Shown here: positions 1 through 14,144 of the stretch, piece after piece | Position numbering within the stretch: position 1 is the stretch's first letter | How the letters are laid out: every line of letters begins with the position of its first letter | Source: Eledone cirrhosa | Taxonomy: Eukaryota | Reading direction: 5' to 3' | DNA: 64,000 nucleotides | NCBI GenBank assembly: GCA_964016885.1 | Contig: OZ024754.1 | Span: 31,062,001-31,126,000, forward strand | Program-made: the position numbers and the translations under genes | Notes under the pieces: generated by a model | Told to the model about the DNA's origin: nothing | The model's database searches: none | What the model saw: the letters and a program-made list of their open reading frames with translations, nothing else

Positions 1-225
1 TGTTCATAAATTCACATTCTTATATATTTTATACATTGGAATTCTTTCTGTTGCGCTCAAACTTGTTAGTTCCTGTCTTTTATATATAACCTGGAGTAGT
101 GTGGGAGAGGGGAATACTGTTAAAATTAAGATTTTAAACATTAAGGAAATATTATTATGATAATGAATGTGAAACTAAAGTAGATTTTTTTAACTAGGCA
201 TTTTTTTTACAACACAGGTAGGCCT

Positions 226-595
226 CTAGATGTCTGTTGACAAGACAGGTAGGCCAGATGTCTGTAGACAAGACAGGTAGACCAGATGTCTGTAGACAAG
301 ACAGGTAGTCCAGATGTCTGTAGACAAGACAGGTAGTCCAGATGTCTGTAGACACGACAAGTAGGCCAGATGTCTGTAGACAAGACAGGTAGACCAGATG
401 TCTGTAGACACGACAGGTAGGCCAGATGTCTGTAGACAAGACAGGTAGGCCAGATGTCTGTAGACAAGACAGGTAGACCAGATGTCTGTAGACAAGACAG
501 GTAGACCAGATGTCTGTTGACAAGACAGGTAGACCAGATGTCTGTTGACAACACAGGTAGACCAGATGTCTGTTGACAACACAGGTAGTCCAGGT
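226..595. repeat. 30-bp tandem minisatellite (~12 units)
   Basis: Unit CCAGATGTCTGTAGACAAGACAGGTAG(A/G/T) repeats head-to-tail with no spacers. Confidence 0.93.
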
Positions 596-660
596 GCTAA
601 TAATTCTCAAAAACAATTAAGGAATTGAGTTCTTTAATTGTACTACTACTACTACTACTA

Positions 661-712
<52 letters not shown>

Positions 713-1072
713 CACTACTACTGCTGCTGCTACTGTTTCTGTAACTCCCTCTTCACAAAAATAAACCTCAGTGTGTAATGATTCTAGTAATTAGTCACAA
801 TTCCTCTCTGTTCTTTATATAGTTCTTGAGAATTAATCTATTGTTTTAAGAATGATAACTAGACAGATATGTCTGAGAACAAAACTAAATAACATAGCTG
901 GCATACCATATCTAATCCCATTCTTTAAACTTCTGTTCCTAGCTTCAAATTCTTCTCTTACTTCTCCAGTATCCAGTCACGGGTCAGGGTCAGTGAAATA
1001 AGTTATCATTAATAGTTCCTGATAGATTCAGTTAACCAATTATCCTCTCCCTACAAACATTGGCCTCATACT

Positions 1073-1330
1073 TGACATAAATGGGAGGAGTCTAGACATA
1101 AGTGGGAGGAGCCTAGACATGAGTGGGAGGGGTCAAGACATAAGTGGGAGGAGATTGGTTATAAGTGGGAGGAGATTGGACATGAGAGGGAGGAGACTAG
1201 ATGTAAATGGGAGGAGATTGGATATAAGTGGAAAAAGATTGGATATAAGTCAGCGAAGTTTGGATATAAATGGGAGGAGATTGGACATAAGTGGGAGGGG
1301 ACAGGACATAAGTGAGAGGGGACTGAACTA
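1073..1330. repeat. Degenerate 21-bp tandem repeat
   Basis: GACATAAGTGGGAGGAGATTG-like units; the overlapping ORF has a 7-aa period. Confidence 0.8.
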
Positions 1331-1829
1331 AAAGGGAGGAGACTGAACTGAAAGGGAGGTAATTAGATATAAACTGGAGAAATAAATGGAGACTTGACAT
1401 AATAGGAGTGGACTGGATGTTATGGGTGAGGGCTGGGCATTATAGGAAGTAATTGAACTAAATGGAAGCGTATTGAACATTTCTGGAATAGATAAATAAT
1501 ATATGAATCTAGGATTATGGACTGGTGGAACCATTGCAGCTTCAGATTGGTTGTTTGGCAGTATATGTTCCAGCTTTTTATGTTCTGAGTTCAAATCCTG
1601 ATGGGGCCTACTTGTGGTGAAGGGGTTACTTTATCAATTGCCCTACCTGGTCCTTGGGTGTTTTTAGCTGAGTCTGCTTTGTTACAAGCATTCTGGCCAG
1701 ATTTCTGGTTTAAGAATATCATCTTCCTCCTCCCTCTATCCTTCCCACCCTTCCTCTCTCACTCCCACTCTTCCTCATTAGTGTGTAGTGAGTAATGGTA
1801 ATGTGTATTAATAATAAAATTCATTACTT

Positions 1830-2162
1830 TATTAGTGTGTAGTGTGTAATGCCAGTATGTAGTGTGTAATGTCAGTGTGTAATGTGTAATGTCAGTGTGT
1901 AGTGTGTAATGTCAGTGTGTAATGTGTAGTGTCAGTGTGTAGTGTGTAATGTCAGTGTGTAATGTGTAATGTCAGTGTGTAGTGTGTAATGCCAGTGTGT
2001 AATGTGTAGTGTCAGTGTGTAGTGTGTAATTCCAGTGTGTAATGTGTAATGTCAGTGTGTAGTGTGTAATGTCAGTGTGTAATGTGTAGTGTCAGTGTGT
2101 AGTGTGTAATGTGTAGTGTCAGTGTGTAGTGTGTAATTCCAGTGGGTAGTGTGTAATGTCAT
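1830..2162. repeat. 20-bp tandem repeat
   Basis: CAGTGTGTAGTGTGTAATGT-like units. Confidence 0.88.
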
Positions 2163-2279
2163 TACTTTATTCATATTCCACCCCTTCCTGTTCATTAAAC
2201 ATCAACAGATTTGTTTGTTTTACATTGAAGTTACTTCTACCTCTTGTCATACACTTGACTTCTTTTTCTTACCATTGTA

Positions 2280-2480
2280 GCTGTTGTAGTTGTTGTGGTA
2301 GTAGTAGTGGTGGTGGTGGTGGTGGTGGTGGTGGTGGTGGTAGTAGTGGTGGTGGTGGTGGTGGTGGTGGTGGTTGTGGTGGTGATGGTGGTGGTGGTAG
2401 TGGTGGTGGTGGTGGTGGTGGTGGTGGTGGTGGTGGTGGTGGTGGTGGTGGTGGTGGTGGTGGTGGTGTTAGTGATAGTG

Positions 2481-2521
<41 letters not shown>

Positions 2522-2612
2522 TGTAGTATTAGTAGTGGTTGTTGTAATTGTAGTAGTACTTGTAGTAGTTGTGGTTGTAGTAGTAGTAGTAGTAGATGCT
2601 GTAACTGTAGTT

Positions 2613-2644
<32 letters not shown>

Positions 2645-2770
2645 TGCTATAGCTGTAGTAGTTAGTTGTGGTTGTTGTAGTAGTAGTAGTAGTTGTTGTA
2701 GTTGTAGTAGTAGTAGATGCTGTAGCTGTAGTTGTACTTGTGGTTGTTGTAGTTTCTGTAGTAGTTGTTT
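2280..2770. repeat. Compound (GGT)n/(AGT)n microsatellite
   Basis: Directly visible; explains the poly-G/V/S ORFs. Confidence 0.95.
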
Positions 2771-3192
2771 GTTTTACACTAAAGCTACTTCTACTTCATG
2801 TCATGACTGTTCTTTTTTCTTACTACTGTAGTTGTAGTTGTTGTTATGGTTGTCTCTTGTCTTCATGCTGTCACTATTGTTCTTGTTGCTGCTATTGTAG
2901 TTACTGATCTTATTTCTTTCATACACAAACACGACAAATTTATTAGACTGGTTATATAACTACAGAACACTTTATTAGTTTGAATGTATGATCAGGTTTG
3001 TTAGTTTGTGGTGGATATATTTGAAAGGACTTAGCCCTGTTGTATATATAATGTGTGTATGATAGAGTACTTGTAGGTTACCTAACAACCATTAACTAGT
3101 ATTACTATGGTTTTATAACTGTAACCAACACACTTCGATTTATCAACTCTTAACATCCTGCAGAAAATGTCAAAAAACAAGATCTGCTTATT

Positions 3193-3438
3193 CAAGTCTA
3201 AAGTCTGTGTCAAGCCAGGAGGCTCGTTAGGCCAGTGCTTATTCCAGTTTCTGTGACTTTGAAGCGACTGAGAGTACAAAACTCCCCACTGGACAGGACA
3301 GCAGTTCATCGCAGGGTAAACTCCCAGGTACTGCCAGTACTCATTTTCAGCTAAGTATACACAACCTAGTCCAGGAATTGAACCTACAACATTACGATTG
3401 TAAGTCCAACACCCTTACCACTAGGCCATGTATCTCCA
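3193..3438 (-). mobile_element. tRNA-derived SINE with Meta-domain-like core (older copy)
   Basis: The minus strand has a tRNA-like head (TAGTGGTAAGG...GGTTCAATTCC), then CCCTGCGATGAACTGCTGTCCTGTCCAG...CAGTCGCTTCA and a (GACTTTA)-type tail. Homologous to 55960-56210. Confidence 0.72.
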
Positions 3439-4102
3439 CATGCTAATTTGAATGTTTATTGTATTTTCCTAGAGAACAGTTTGTTGTGAAAATTTGCAGT
3501 AAAAACTAATTTTTATTGTACTGCATTGTAATTTTTTAAGAATGTCTTGTTAATGTAGTTTCATGAGGTACAAGTCATTAAGATTTGATGAGTTTTAGGA
3601 GTGGCTGATGTTTCTGTTGTTTGTAACAGTCCAATTTTAGCTAGACTATCCTAATGTAAGCCAGCCAGTAATTGACTGACAGACATACACACACACACAT
3701 ATAAATATTATTAAAAGAAGAGAGACAGTATCTTATATACGTCCTCAGTTTATCACATCATCCTATTTTATAATATTGATATTCCGTTTGATACCATATA
3801 GGTAATACCTTAAAGTACCCAAGTTATGGAGTGCTTTAGTCTGATTACACTCCAATTGGTCAATTGCTTGATCAACCAATACTTGGAATAATATATATAT
3901 ATATGTATTTATTTATATGTTCATGAAATTAACATGTAAGTGGCTGAGCATTCCACAGACACATGTTGTCTTAACATAGTTCTTAGGGAGAGTTAATATC
4001 ACAGGGAGTGCGACAAGGCTGGCCCTTTGAATAACAGGTACAGTCCATCTGATGAACTTCCAAACAATTAACATCCTCCAATTTCACTCACAAGATTTAT
4101 AG

Positions 4103-4598
4103 TCTTTAACCATTTCATTACCACATTTCTAATGAAAGACACTGTCTATGTCATTAACCCTTTCATCGCCACATTTCTAATGAAAGACACTGTCTATGTC
4201 ATTAACCCTTTCATTACCATATTTCTAATGAAAGACACTGCTTTTATCTTTAACCCTTTAATTACCTTATATTTAATTAAAGACACTGCTTTTATCTTTA
4301 ACCCTTTCATTACAATATTTCTAATGAAATATATTGTTTGTTTCTTTAACCCTTTCATTACCATATTTCTAATGAAAGACACTGCTTGTGTCTTTAACCC
4401 TTTCATTACCATATTTCTAATGAAAGACACTGCTTTTGTCTTTAACCCTTTTATTACCATATTTTTAATGAAATATACTGCCAATGTCTTTAACCATTTC
4501 ATTACTATATTTATGATGAAAGACACTGCTTGTATCTTTAACCATTTCATTACCATATTTCTAATTAAAGTCTCTGCTTGTATCTTTAACCATTTCAT
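4103..4598. repeat. 48-bp tandem minisatellite (~10 units)
   Basis: Unit AATGAAAGACACTGCTTTTATCTTTAACCCTTTCATTACCATATTTCT; the ORF has a 16-aa period. Confidence 0.92.
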
Positions 4599-5017
4599 CC
4601 ACACTGTAAGCATGGTTGGTGTTAGGAAGGACAGCAAGTAGCCATAAAAACCAGTATGAGCAAGGTATGGCGCGACCAACTGGCCAAATTTGCCTCGTAA
4701 GCAGGATCACACAGTTCCACTCTGTAAACGGGGGTTGGTGTTAGGAAGATCATTCCAGCAGCTGTAAAAGTCCTCAGCCAAAACACAGGCCCCACTATGA
4801 GCAAGGTTTGAATCCTTTCACCACCACATAGTGCACATGAAAAGAAGCAGAACCATGATAAATTTCTGTAAACACTATCTGATGATATGGTCCTGTAACT
4901 CCTGATGGAGTCATAGGGGTGCCATAGTGACATTTGGTGTTTCCTGGACATCTTAAGCCTGGCATAGCCCAACCCCTCTCCAGGTCTGAACATAGCAGAT
5001 TTCTTCCAGATATGGAT

Positions 5018-5585
5018 AGAGAGTGGGAGGGAGGAGACGAGAAAGAGATATAGAGGGAGAAGAGAGTGGGAGGGAGGAGACGAGAAAGAGGTATAGAGGG
5101 AGAAGAGAGTGGGAGGGAGGAGACGAGAAAGAGATATAGAGGGAGAAGAGAGTGGGAGGGAGGAGACGAGAAAGAGATATAGAGGGAGAAGAGAGTGGGA
5201 GGGAGGAGACGAGAAAGAGGTATAGAGGGAGAAGAGAGTGGGAGGGAGGAGACAAGAAAGAGATATAGAGGGAGAAGAGAGTGGGAGGGAGGAGACGAGA
5301 AAGAGATATAGAGGGAGAAGAGAGTGGGAGAGAGGAGACGAGAAAGAGATATAGAGGGAGAAGAGAGTGGGAGGGAGGAGACAAGAAAGAGATATAGAGG
5401 GAGGAGACAAGAAAGAGATATAGAGGGAGAAGAGAGTGGGAGAGAGGAGACGAGAAAGAGATATAGAGGGAGAAGAGAGTGGGAGGGAGGAGACAAGAAA
5501 GAGATATAGAGGGAGGAGACAAGAAAGAGATATAGAGGGAGAAGAGAGTGGGAGGGAGGAGACGAGAAAGAGATATAGAGGGAGA
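5018..5585. repeat. 43-bp purine-rich tandem minisatellite
   Basis: Unit GAGAGTGGGAGGGAGGAGACGAGAAAGAGATATAGAGGGAGAA. Confidence 0.93.
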
Positions 5586-6281
5586 ATTGACCCCAGTACC
5601 AGACCAGCACTTCCTCCATCAACCTTGAATGGCAAAGTTAACCTCGGCAGGATTTGAACTCAGAGGTCAGAGAGCTGGAATAAATGCAGTAAAGCATTCT
5701 ACCTGACTTTCTCACAACTCTGCCAATTCTCTGCCTTAAACATTATTTAGTTACTTCCATTTACATTTTGATTTCAAATCCCTGCGAGTCCTTTTTGCAG
5801 TGGCTAAAAAGAAATGAAGCATGCATGCTCCACTGGATATGTAATGTTAGTGAACAACAGAACACAGGTGAACTGAGAGAAAAACTGAGTAGAAGAGACA
5901 TTAAATGTAACTTTCAAGAGACTCTAGTGCATTGGTAACAGTCATGTAATGGTAATGATTGGTGAGGGTGACAGGTGAGATAATAATTAGTGAAGTTGAC
6001 AAGTGTGGTACTAATTGGTGAGACTGACAGGTAAGATAATAATTGGTGAGGTTGACAGGTAGATTCAGGTGTGGAAATATTTGAAGACATCCGATGCATA
6101 TGAGAGAAGTACATTACACGAAGACAGGAACAATTGTAGTTTTAAATTTATTAACAGATTTTATGTATTTCTACATATGCTGTCTTTTCAGAATATCTAT
6201 ACCGTATCCCTGCATATCATAACAGGTGACTAAAACAGTTAACATCAGGAAGGGCATTTAACTGTTTAATATTGTCCTATA

Positions 6282-6978
6282 TCATCCTGTCCAAACCCAA
6301 ACCATCTTGTCCAAACCCAAACCATCCTGTCCAAGTTGATACCATCTGTCCAAACCGATATCACCCTGTCCAATCCTATGTAAACCCAAAACATTCTGTC
6401 CAAACCCAAACCATCCTGTCCAAACCCAAACCATCCTGTCCAAACCCAAACCATCCTGTCCAAACCCAAACCATCCTGTCCAAACCAATACCATCCTGTC
6501 TAAACCCAAACCATCCTGTCCAAACCCAAACCATCCTGTCCGAGTTGATACCATCTTGTCCAAACCCAAACCATCTTGTCCAAACCCAAACCATCCTGTG
6601 CAAGTTGATACCATCTGTCCAAACCGATATCACCCTGTCCAATCCTATGTAAACCCAAAACATTCTGTCCAAACCCAAACCATCCTGTCCAAACCCAAAC
6701 CATCCTGTCCAAACCCAAAACATCCTGTCCAAACCCAAACCATCCTGTCCAAACCCAAACCATCTTATCCAAACCCAAACCATCCTGTCCAAACCCAAAC
6801 CATCTTGTCCAAACCCAAACCATCTTGTCCAAACCCAAACCATCCTGTGCAAGTTGATACCATCTGTCCAAACCGATATCACCCTGTCCAATCCTATGTA
6901 AACCCAAACCATCCTGTCCAAACCCAAACCATCCTGTCCAAACCCAAACCATGCTGTCCAAACCAATACCATCTGTCC
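6282..6978. repeat. 20-bp minisatellite with ~250-270 bp higher-order repeat
   Basis: CCAAACCCAAACCATCCTGT units; the variant block CAAGTTGATACC...AATCCTATGTAAACCC recurs at ~6332, 6601 and 6850. Confidence 0.9.
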
Positions 6979-7396
6979 ATATGTGTGTGTGTAAATCTGT
7001 TGATAAAAGATCAAGGGAATTAGTGCTGAATCTGTTGCAAGAGAGCTTATTAATATAAACAATGTTAAGTGTATGAAACTTTGTTTATACTATTCATCAT
7101 CATCATCATTGTTTAACGTCTATCTTCCATGCTAGCATTGGTTTAGACGGGAATTGTCCCACTTGAGGCAAGAGTGGTTGTCTTGCTCATATATATATAT
7201 ATATCCATATGGGGTTGATGGCTGAGAGAAAGGAGTACTCAATACCGAAGTAGAGATCATGTTGATGACCCTGTGATAAACACGTGAAACTCCAGGGTAA
7301 CAAGACTCACTATTTAGCCATAATAAAATGAATATATATATACATGTATATATACATGTATATATACATGTATATATATATATATATATGTATACA

Positions 7397-7447
<51 letters not shown>

Positions 7448-7481
7448 GTACATATGTATATATTTATATTTATATATATAT

Positions 7482-7816
7482 GGAGGCTCATGGCTTAGTG
7501 GTTAGAGCATTGGCCTTGCAATCGAAAGGTTGTGAGTTCAATTCTCGGACCGGGTGATGTGTTGTTTCCTTGAGCAAGACACTTTATTTCACATTGCTCC
7601 GGTTTACTCAGCTGTAGAAATGAGATGATAGGGACAGGGGTCCATATCATCCCACTGCAAAGTGGTCGTGGAGGTGCCACGGCAAAAAAGCACCCAGCAC
7701 TCACTGTAAATGAGGTTGGTGTTAGGAAGGGCATCCAGCTGTAGAAATCAAGTCAGAATCAGTTCCCATCCCACCCTTGCAAGCAGGGAAAAGCGGACGT
7801 AAAATGAAATGATGAT
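7482..7816 (+). mobile_element. tRNA-derived SINE family S1 (CORE-like body, RTE-type 3' tail)
   Basis: A box TGGCTTAGTGG, B box GAGTTCAATTCTC, body TCCTTGAGCAAGACACTT, tail ...GGAAAAGCGGACGTAAAATGAAATGATGAT. Six near-identical copies in the window. Confidence 0.9.
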
Positions 7817-8667
7817 ATATATATATATAAATATATATGTGTGTGTGTGTGTGTGTAGGACTCTAAGGTTAGTGACTCCAGTGTAAAAAAAAGCTTGAAG
7901 TGCCTTTACTCTATTCTTCCACTATGATCAGTGTTGGTATTATTTAAGTGAAAATATCCAACAACAAAATCTATTCCTCTCTTTTCTCGCTCCATATGAT
8001 GTATGTATATAATGTATAGAAATACCAAACAAGAAATAGGTTAACATAAACTAGAAATTTCCAGGCTTATTCACCATCTGACAGATTATTGAACACCATG
8101 ACAAGGAAAAAGACATGCAAATACCACCATATTGAATATTATTCTATGAAACATGTTGGATGCTATTGTTACTCCTAGAACAACAAAAATGGTTAATGGC
8201 TTGTTGAGCTGGCATATTTTTTTTTTTATTTTCAACAAATATTTATCCTTTATCTATTTTCTTTTTTTCTATTGCCTCTGGATCTAAATACTAGTTGGTT
8301 AGAGTGGTAAAGCAATAGAAACTAGGAGCAGGAAATATAGTTTTGTGAGAAATTCGAGAAGATTGAAGGAATTCAAGAAGGGAAATAAATAAAATGAACA
8401 AACATAATAATAAGGAATTCTAAAGAATGAATCAAACACAAAGAGAGAAAGAAGAATAGCTGTGAAACTTAATAGAATATTGTGTACTATTTAGTTTTTA
8501 GTTCTTTATAAATACATATATACATATACAAACACTTGCACATATACATATATAGAAACACAGAACATACATTTATATACGTATGTATATGTGTATATAT
8601 ATATATATATATCCACATAAATACACACACATATATATATATGTGTGTGTTTATGTATATATGTATG

Positions 8668-8699
<32 letters not shown>

Positions 8700-8709
8700 T
8701 ATGTGTGTG

Positions 8710-8750
<41 letters not shown>

Positions 8751-8879
8751 ATAATAAATATGAAGACCAAAATCTGAAGGGGGCTCAATAAGGATTGTAT
8801 GTATATATGTATCCCCACATAAACACACATATATGTATATACATGTGTGTGTGTTTATATATATATATATATATACATA

Positions 8880-9625
8880 TTGAAATCAATACAAGACCTT
8901 GCGATAGACATGAGCAATGATGCATCTTTTTCTTCACACATCATGAGGGTGACAACAATGTGCGGACGACTCATTGGTTGGATCTTGAGGACTTTCCAGA
9001 CCAGAGACCAAGAGACCATGTTGATACTATGGACTACTGCACCCAACTGTGGGCACCCCATAGTATCAAACTAACCACGGAGCTTGAGGTAATCCAATGA
9101 GGCTGCACCAAGAGGATTGCCATGATGAAGGAGTGAGCTACTGGAAGAGGCTAAAAGAACTGAAACTCTACTCCTTGGAACAAAGACGGAAGAGATATGC
9201 AGTGATATACATATGGAAAATCCTGGAGGGACTAGCACCAAACTGACATTGAGAGCTGGACCAACCCCCGAATTGGACCTCACAGTGTGGTGCCAGAGAT
9301 CCCATCTTTCACATCTAGAATAAGGAGCAGATACTGCAATAGCCTGGAGTTCAAAGGCCCTTAACTCTTCAATAAACTGCCAAGGAATTTGAGATATCTG
9401 CATGGTGTGGATGTTTTCAAGAAACATCTTGACACTCTGTTATCCAGGATCCCGGATGAGCCCACATCATGGTACAAAAGTAACTAAGGGCAGCAGCAAC
9501 AAACTCCCTCTTACACCAATGGCCAGCCAACACTGGCTGGAGATAGAACGTGTAGTAACAAGATCGGTGCCCCAGTATGGTCTCAGCCGGATGGCTGGTA
9601 CAGGTAAAAGAGTAAAAGAGTATAC
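8880..9625 (+). mobile_element. 5'-truncated, decayed CR1-group LINE (ORF2 C-terminus + 3' end)
   Basis: Translates to IQDLAIDMSNDASFSSHI...GWILRTFQTRD and an LKLYSL..RR.RY-like block with frameshifts. The tail GGTAAAAGAGTAAAAGAG matches 51205-51525. Confidence 0.82.
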
Positions 9626-11113
9626 ATATTTCACTTTTGTATTTGTTTTGCAAGATTCTTAATGTGAAATTGTGTGATAAAACAGATTTTGTTGTACTTT
9701 GGTAGTGTCATGCTGGCAACAAAGATACTGTTTTTATTGGCAGCATGACCTTCGACAATATGTATAACACTGACTACATAATATAGCCTAATTATGGTCA
9801 TATAAACCCACTGAAAGGAAAAAAGGTGGGTATGAACCCATACATCTCATTTGCTGGACAAGTATGTGACCATTTCTCCAATGAACCCATCCAGCAAATC
9901 AGAAAGTCATATTACTAAATCCTTCCAAATTGTTGATTATTTTCAAAATTATTGGAAATTAATGGGGAGTGTGTTTAATTAAAAGATTGGCAATAAAAAG
10001 ATGAAATCATGACACCCCTCCCCTACAAAACTACCAGGGACTGATGACCCAAAGGAAGGACAGAATTAGGGTGTGTAGTCAGAAACTGAAATAGTAAATC
10101 AAATAGTTAATTATGAAGAGAGATGATGGCTGGCTTTGAAAGAATGGTGGTGGGATGTCATGACACCTTAGCAACAACAAAGTGTCCTAGCATCTTTAGT
10201 CAGCCAGTTGCACTGCCATGACAACTAATAATGAATGAAGCTGGGAATGAGCAGCTTTGGCAAGCAGCCCCTATCTTAGATTGTCTGTGTCCACCATAAC
10301 AACAACAACAACAGTATCTCAAGTGTGCAGCAGACAAAAACCAAATTAGAAATAAAGAAAAGATTCCTACAAAAAAATGTTGGCTTATCTCAAATTACAG
10401 CAACAGGATATATCTGCTCTAGCTAACCCTCATTGATTGGAAATCTTCAGCTCTGGTTTCGACAGTGATTGACGACATTGAGGAAAATACAGATACACAC
10501 ACACTCACATACAAGCACACATACACAACACACATACACGCACTCATGCACACCACACACTCAGACACATTCACACACACACACCCACCCACACACACAC
10601 TCACACACACACACACAACACACACAACACGCATGCACACACTCATGCACTACACACTCAACACACACGTACACACACACACCACACACGCACGCACACA
10701 TGCATACACACACACACTCTCCCTCTCTCTCGCTCACACATATACACTGTTTAAAGGTGTTTATATTTATTTCAAAACCTTGCTAACTTTATGTAAGAAC
10801 CTTTGTTATTTTCCAAACACTAACTTAATAATGAGATAGTTAGCTATATTACTAAATCACTCCAAATCTAAACTATAACAAAGTAAGGGGTGCAGGACTG
10901 CGTACAGTTTATAATTTTTTATCACATTAGTAAAATAAGTTGCATTATTTTGAATAAATAATGAATGAATATTACATAACTTATCTACTAAATTTCGTGG
11001 CTGTTGATTAAATATATTTTATTTATTTAAAGATTCACTTCTTTAAAATTTCTGTAATGTCAACACTTCCAGTTGGCCATCGCTTAAATAAACATACTAA
11101 TTTTCTCCTAATG

Positions 11114-11193
<80 letters not shown>

Positions 11194-11304
11194 CAGCAAA
11201 TAAACTAACCAGCCTTCTGGATAATAAATTCTTGTTCCAATACAATTGCTATGCTGTGACATTTAGTCAACACCTTTGTAAGATAAAGATAATAAACAGA
11301 CATA

Positions 11305-11960
11305 AATAACAACAACAAAAAGAATAACAACACCACCACCAACAACAACAACATCAACAACATCAACAACACCACTAACAACAACAACAACATCAACAAC
11401 ATCAACACCACCACCAACAACAACACCACCACCATCAACAACATCAACACCTCCGCCACCAACATCAACGACATCAACACCAACAACAACATCAACACCA
11501 CCACCACCACCAACACCGCCACCACCAACAACAACAACAACAAACCACCATCAACAACATCAACACCAACACCAACATCAACACCACCACCAACGACATC
11601 AACACCAACAACAACATCAACACCACCGCCACCAACACCACCACCAACAACAACATCAACACCACCACCATCAACAACAACAACAACACCAACAACAACA
11701 ACACCACCACCACCATCTACAACATCAACACCACCACCACCAACATCAACACCAACAACAACAACACCACCACCACCATCAATAACATCAACACCACCAC
11801 CACCAACATCAACACCACCACCACCAACATCAACAACAACAACAACAACACCAACAACAACAACAACACCACCACCACCATCAACAACAACAACAACACC
11901 ACCACCATCAACAACAACAACAACACCACCACCATCAACAACATGAACACCAACAACAAT
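11305..11960. repeat. (CAA/CAC/CAT)n compound microsatellite
   Basis: Directly visible. Confidence 0.92.
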
Positions 11961-12129
11961 ATCCCTCCATACATGAAAACAAAGACAATCTACAATCTAG
12001 AGAATACTTTTGTCTAGGGAAGAACATTTCTGTGATACAAAGAAACAGTTTCACTGAGGAACCTGCCTTGATTGCTATAACACAACAATAACAATAACAA
12101 CAATAACAGAAACAAAGACTTACTCAGAG

Positions 12130-12560
12130 AGGTGTTCTGAAAACAACAACAACAACAACAACACCAACAAAGACATACACAGTAGGTGTTCTGAAAACAA
12201 CAACTACAATACCACCACCAACAACAGTAGGTCTTCTGAAAACAACAACAACAACAACAACAACAACAAAGACATACAGAGTAGGTCTTCTGAAAACAAC
12301 AACAACAACAGCAACAACAACAACAACAAAGACATACAGAGTAGGTGTTCTGAAAACAACAACACCACCACCACCAACAACAATAGTAGGTGTTCTGAAA
12401 ACAACAACAACAACAACACCAACAAAGACATACACAGTAGGTGTTCTGAAAACAACAACAGCAGCACCACCACCGCCACCACCACCAAGAACAACAACAA
12501 CAACAACAACATCTACAGAAACAAAGGTACATAAAGACAAAGGTGTTCTGAAAACAAGTA
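12130..12560. repeat. Minisatellite with GTAGGTGTTCTGAAAA core separated by variable (CAA/CAC)n tracts
   Basis: About 8 cores; the spacers are low-complexity. Confidence 0.85.
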
Positions 12561-12760
12561 TGTAGGATTACATGAATGTAATTAAAAAAAAAAACAATTC
12601 TTCAAACGACATTTACAACGATATAATAAAAAAACAAAAAAAGAATGTTCAGTCAGAAATCCAGCATTGACAGAGTTTGGTTGAATAGAAGAGTAATCAA
12701 TTAGAATTTTGGGAAAATTGTGAAAGCAGCCAAATGTATATACATACACATATATATATA

Positions 12761-12827
<67 letters not shown>

Positions 12828-12896
12828 CACCAGTTGCTTTCACTCCAATTTATTATAAATTTAATTTATAATAAATTGGAGTGAAAGCAACTGGTG
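12828..12896. repeat. Fold-back palindrome (34-bp arms) next to (TA)n
   Basis: CACCAGTTGCTTTCACTCCAATTTATTATAAATT-T-reverse complement. Confidence 0.93.
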
Positions 12897-12995
12897 CGTG
12901 TGTTTCTTATTGGCAACATGACCCTCCCAAAGCATAACAATATATATATATAAAGAATCTTGCTAAACAAATTCAGAAACGAAATATATATATAT

Positions 12996-13051
<56 letters not shown>

Positions 13052-13055
<4 letters not shown>

Positions 13056-13341
13056 TATTATCAAGAAAAAGAAAAATCAGTGATGCATCTGGACTTAGTT
13101 TATTTTGTGTTACAAATGTTTCGCCGGCATGTAGCTCGAGTCATGGTCCTTGTATGGATCTGGCTGATTCTACATCTGCGGGTTCTTTCAGACATGGCTG
13201 TTATGTCCAGAGCAAATTTTATCACTGATAAAATTTGCTCCAAGCTACATGAGTCGAGCTACATGCCGGCGAAACATTTGTAACACGAAATAAACTAAGT
13301 CCAGATGCATCACTGATTTTTCGTTTTCTTGATAATATCTA
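13052..13341. repeat. Inverted repeat (~93-bp arms, ~100-bp spacer) in (TA)n with hammerhead-like 3' half
   Basis: 13052-13145 is the reverse complement of 13248-13341. The right arm has ATGA-GTCG..CGGC-GAAAC-ATTT-GTA. Confidence 0.88.
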
Positions 13342-13415
13342 CACTCTACTCTGATGAATATCGAGTGCTAATTTTGGCATACCGCCTACGGAAGCAACAT
13401 AGCTACCACTATACA

Positions 13416-13448
<33 letters not shown>

Positions 13449-13454
<6 letters not shown>

Positions 13455-13860
13455 GTTTGGAGTTAGAAGGCCAGAACAATGCAGATATGGATATAGAATA
13501 TAAATACAAATGCAAAAGATATTGCTGACAATTAGTCTTTTACCTTAAATTTATTTGACTATCCTTAATTTTCGAGACAATATCTCTTCTTCGGAGGGTA
13601 GTAAAGGGGTTAATCCAGTGTTCTAATTAGCTTGCCAAGTCATTCTGACAGGAAAAGTTTTTTTTCTGTCAGCATGACTTGGCAAGCTAATTAGAACACT
13701 GGATTAACCCCTTTACTACCCTCCGAAGAAGAGATATTGTCTCGAAAATTAAGGATAGTCAAATAAATTTAAGGTAAAAGACTAATTGTCAGCAATATCT
13801 TTTGCATTTGTATTTATATTCTATATCCATATCTGCATTGTTCTAACTCCAAATGTTTAT
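13449..13860. repeat. Fold-back palindrome (~200-bp arms)
   Basis: 13449-13651 is the reverse complement of 13666-13860, with a few substitutions and an 8-nt indel. Confidence 0.95.
13715..13759 (+). ncRNA. Minimal type I hammerhead-like motif (U4->C variant)
   Basis: ACUACCCU-CCGAAGA-A-GAGA(uauug)UCUC-GAAA-AU-UA|AGGAUAGU; stem I pairs 7/8. Confidence 0.55.
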
Positions 13861-13942
13861 ACCTAACTACGCAATGCTTCAAGTAAACTACAATTTCCTC
13901 CTTATATATTGGAAAATGTGTGAAATCCTTGGTACAATTAGG

Positions 13943-14071
13943 TATATTAAAAAAGGGAAAAGAATGACTTCACTTGTAGTTCTAAACAATTTGATTTAAT
14001 TTTATAATTTTATAATATTATAAAATTAAATCAAATTGTTTAGAACTACAAGTGAAGTCATTCTTTTCCTT

Positions 14072-14082
<11 letters not shown>
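13943..14082. repeat. Fold-back palindrome (~65-bp arms)
   Basis: GGAAAAGAATGACTTCACTTGTAGTTCTAAACAATTTG versus its reverse complement, ending in (TA)n. Confidence 0.92.

Positions 14083-14144
<62 letters not shown>

Noticed and set aside
226-595. CRISPR-like array of 30-bp repeats
   Set aside because: The units are contiguous with no unique spacers, the context is eukaryotic and there are no cas genes.
4622-7062. 150-340 aa ORFs
   Set aside because: Products of 43-bp and 20-bp minisatellites that are open in several frames.
7482-7552. tRNA gene
   Set aside because: The A/B boxes continue into a multi-copy SINE body and there is no proper acceptor stem.
12130-12560. Repeat-spacer array
   Set aside because: The spacers are (CAA/CAC)n slippage products, not unique sequences.
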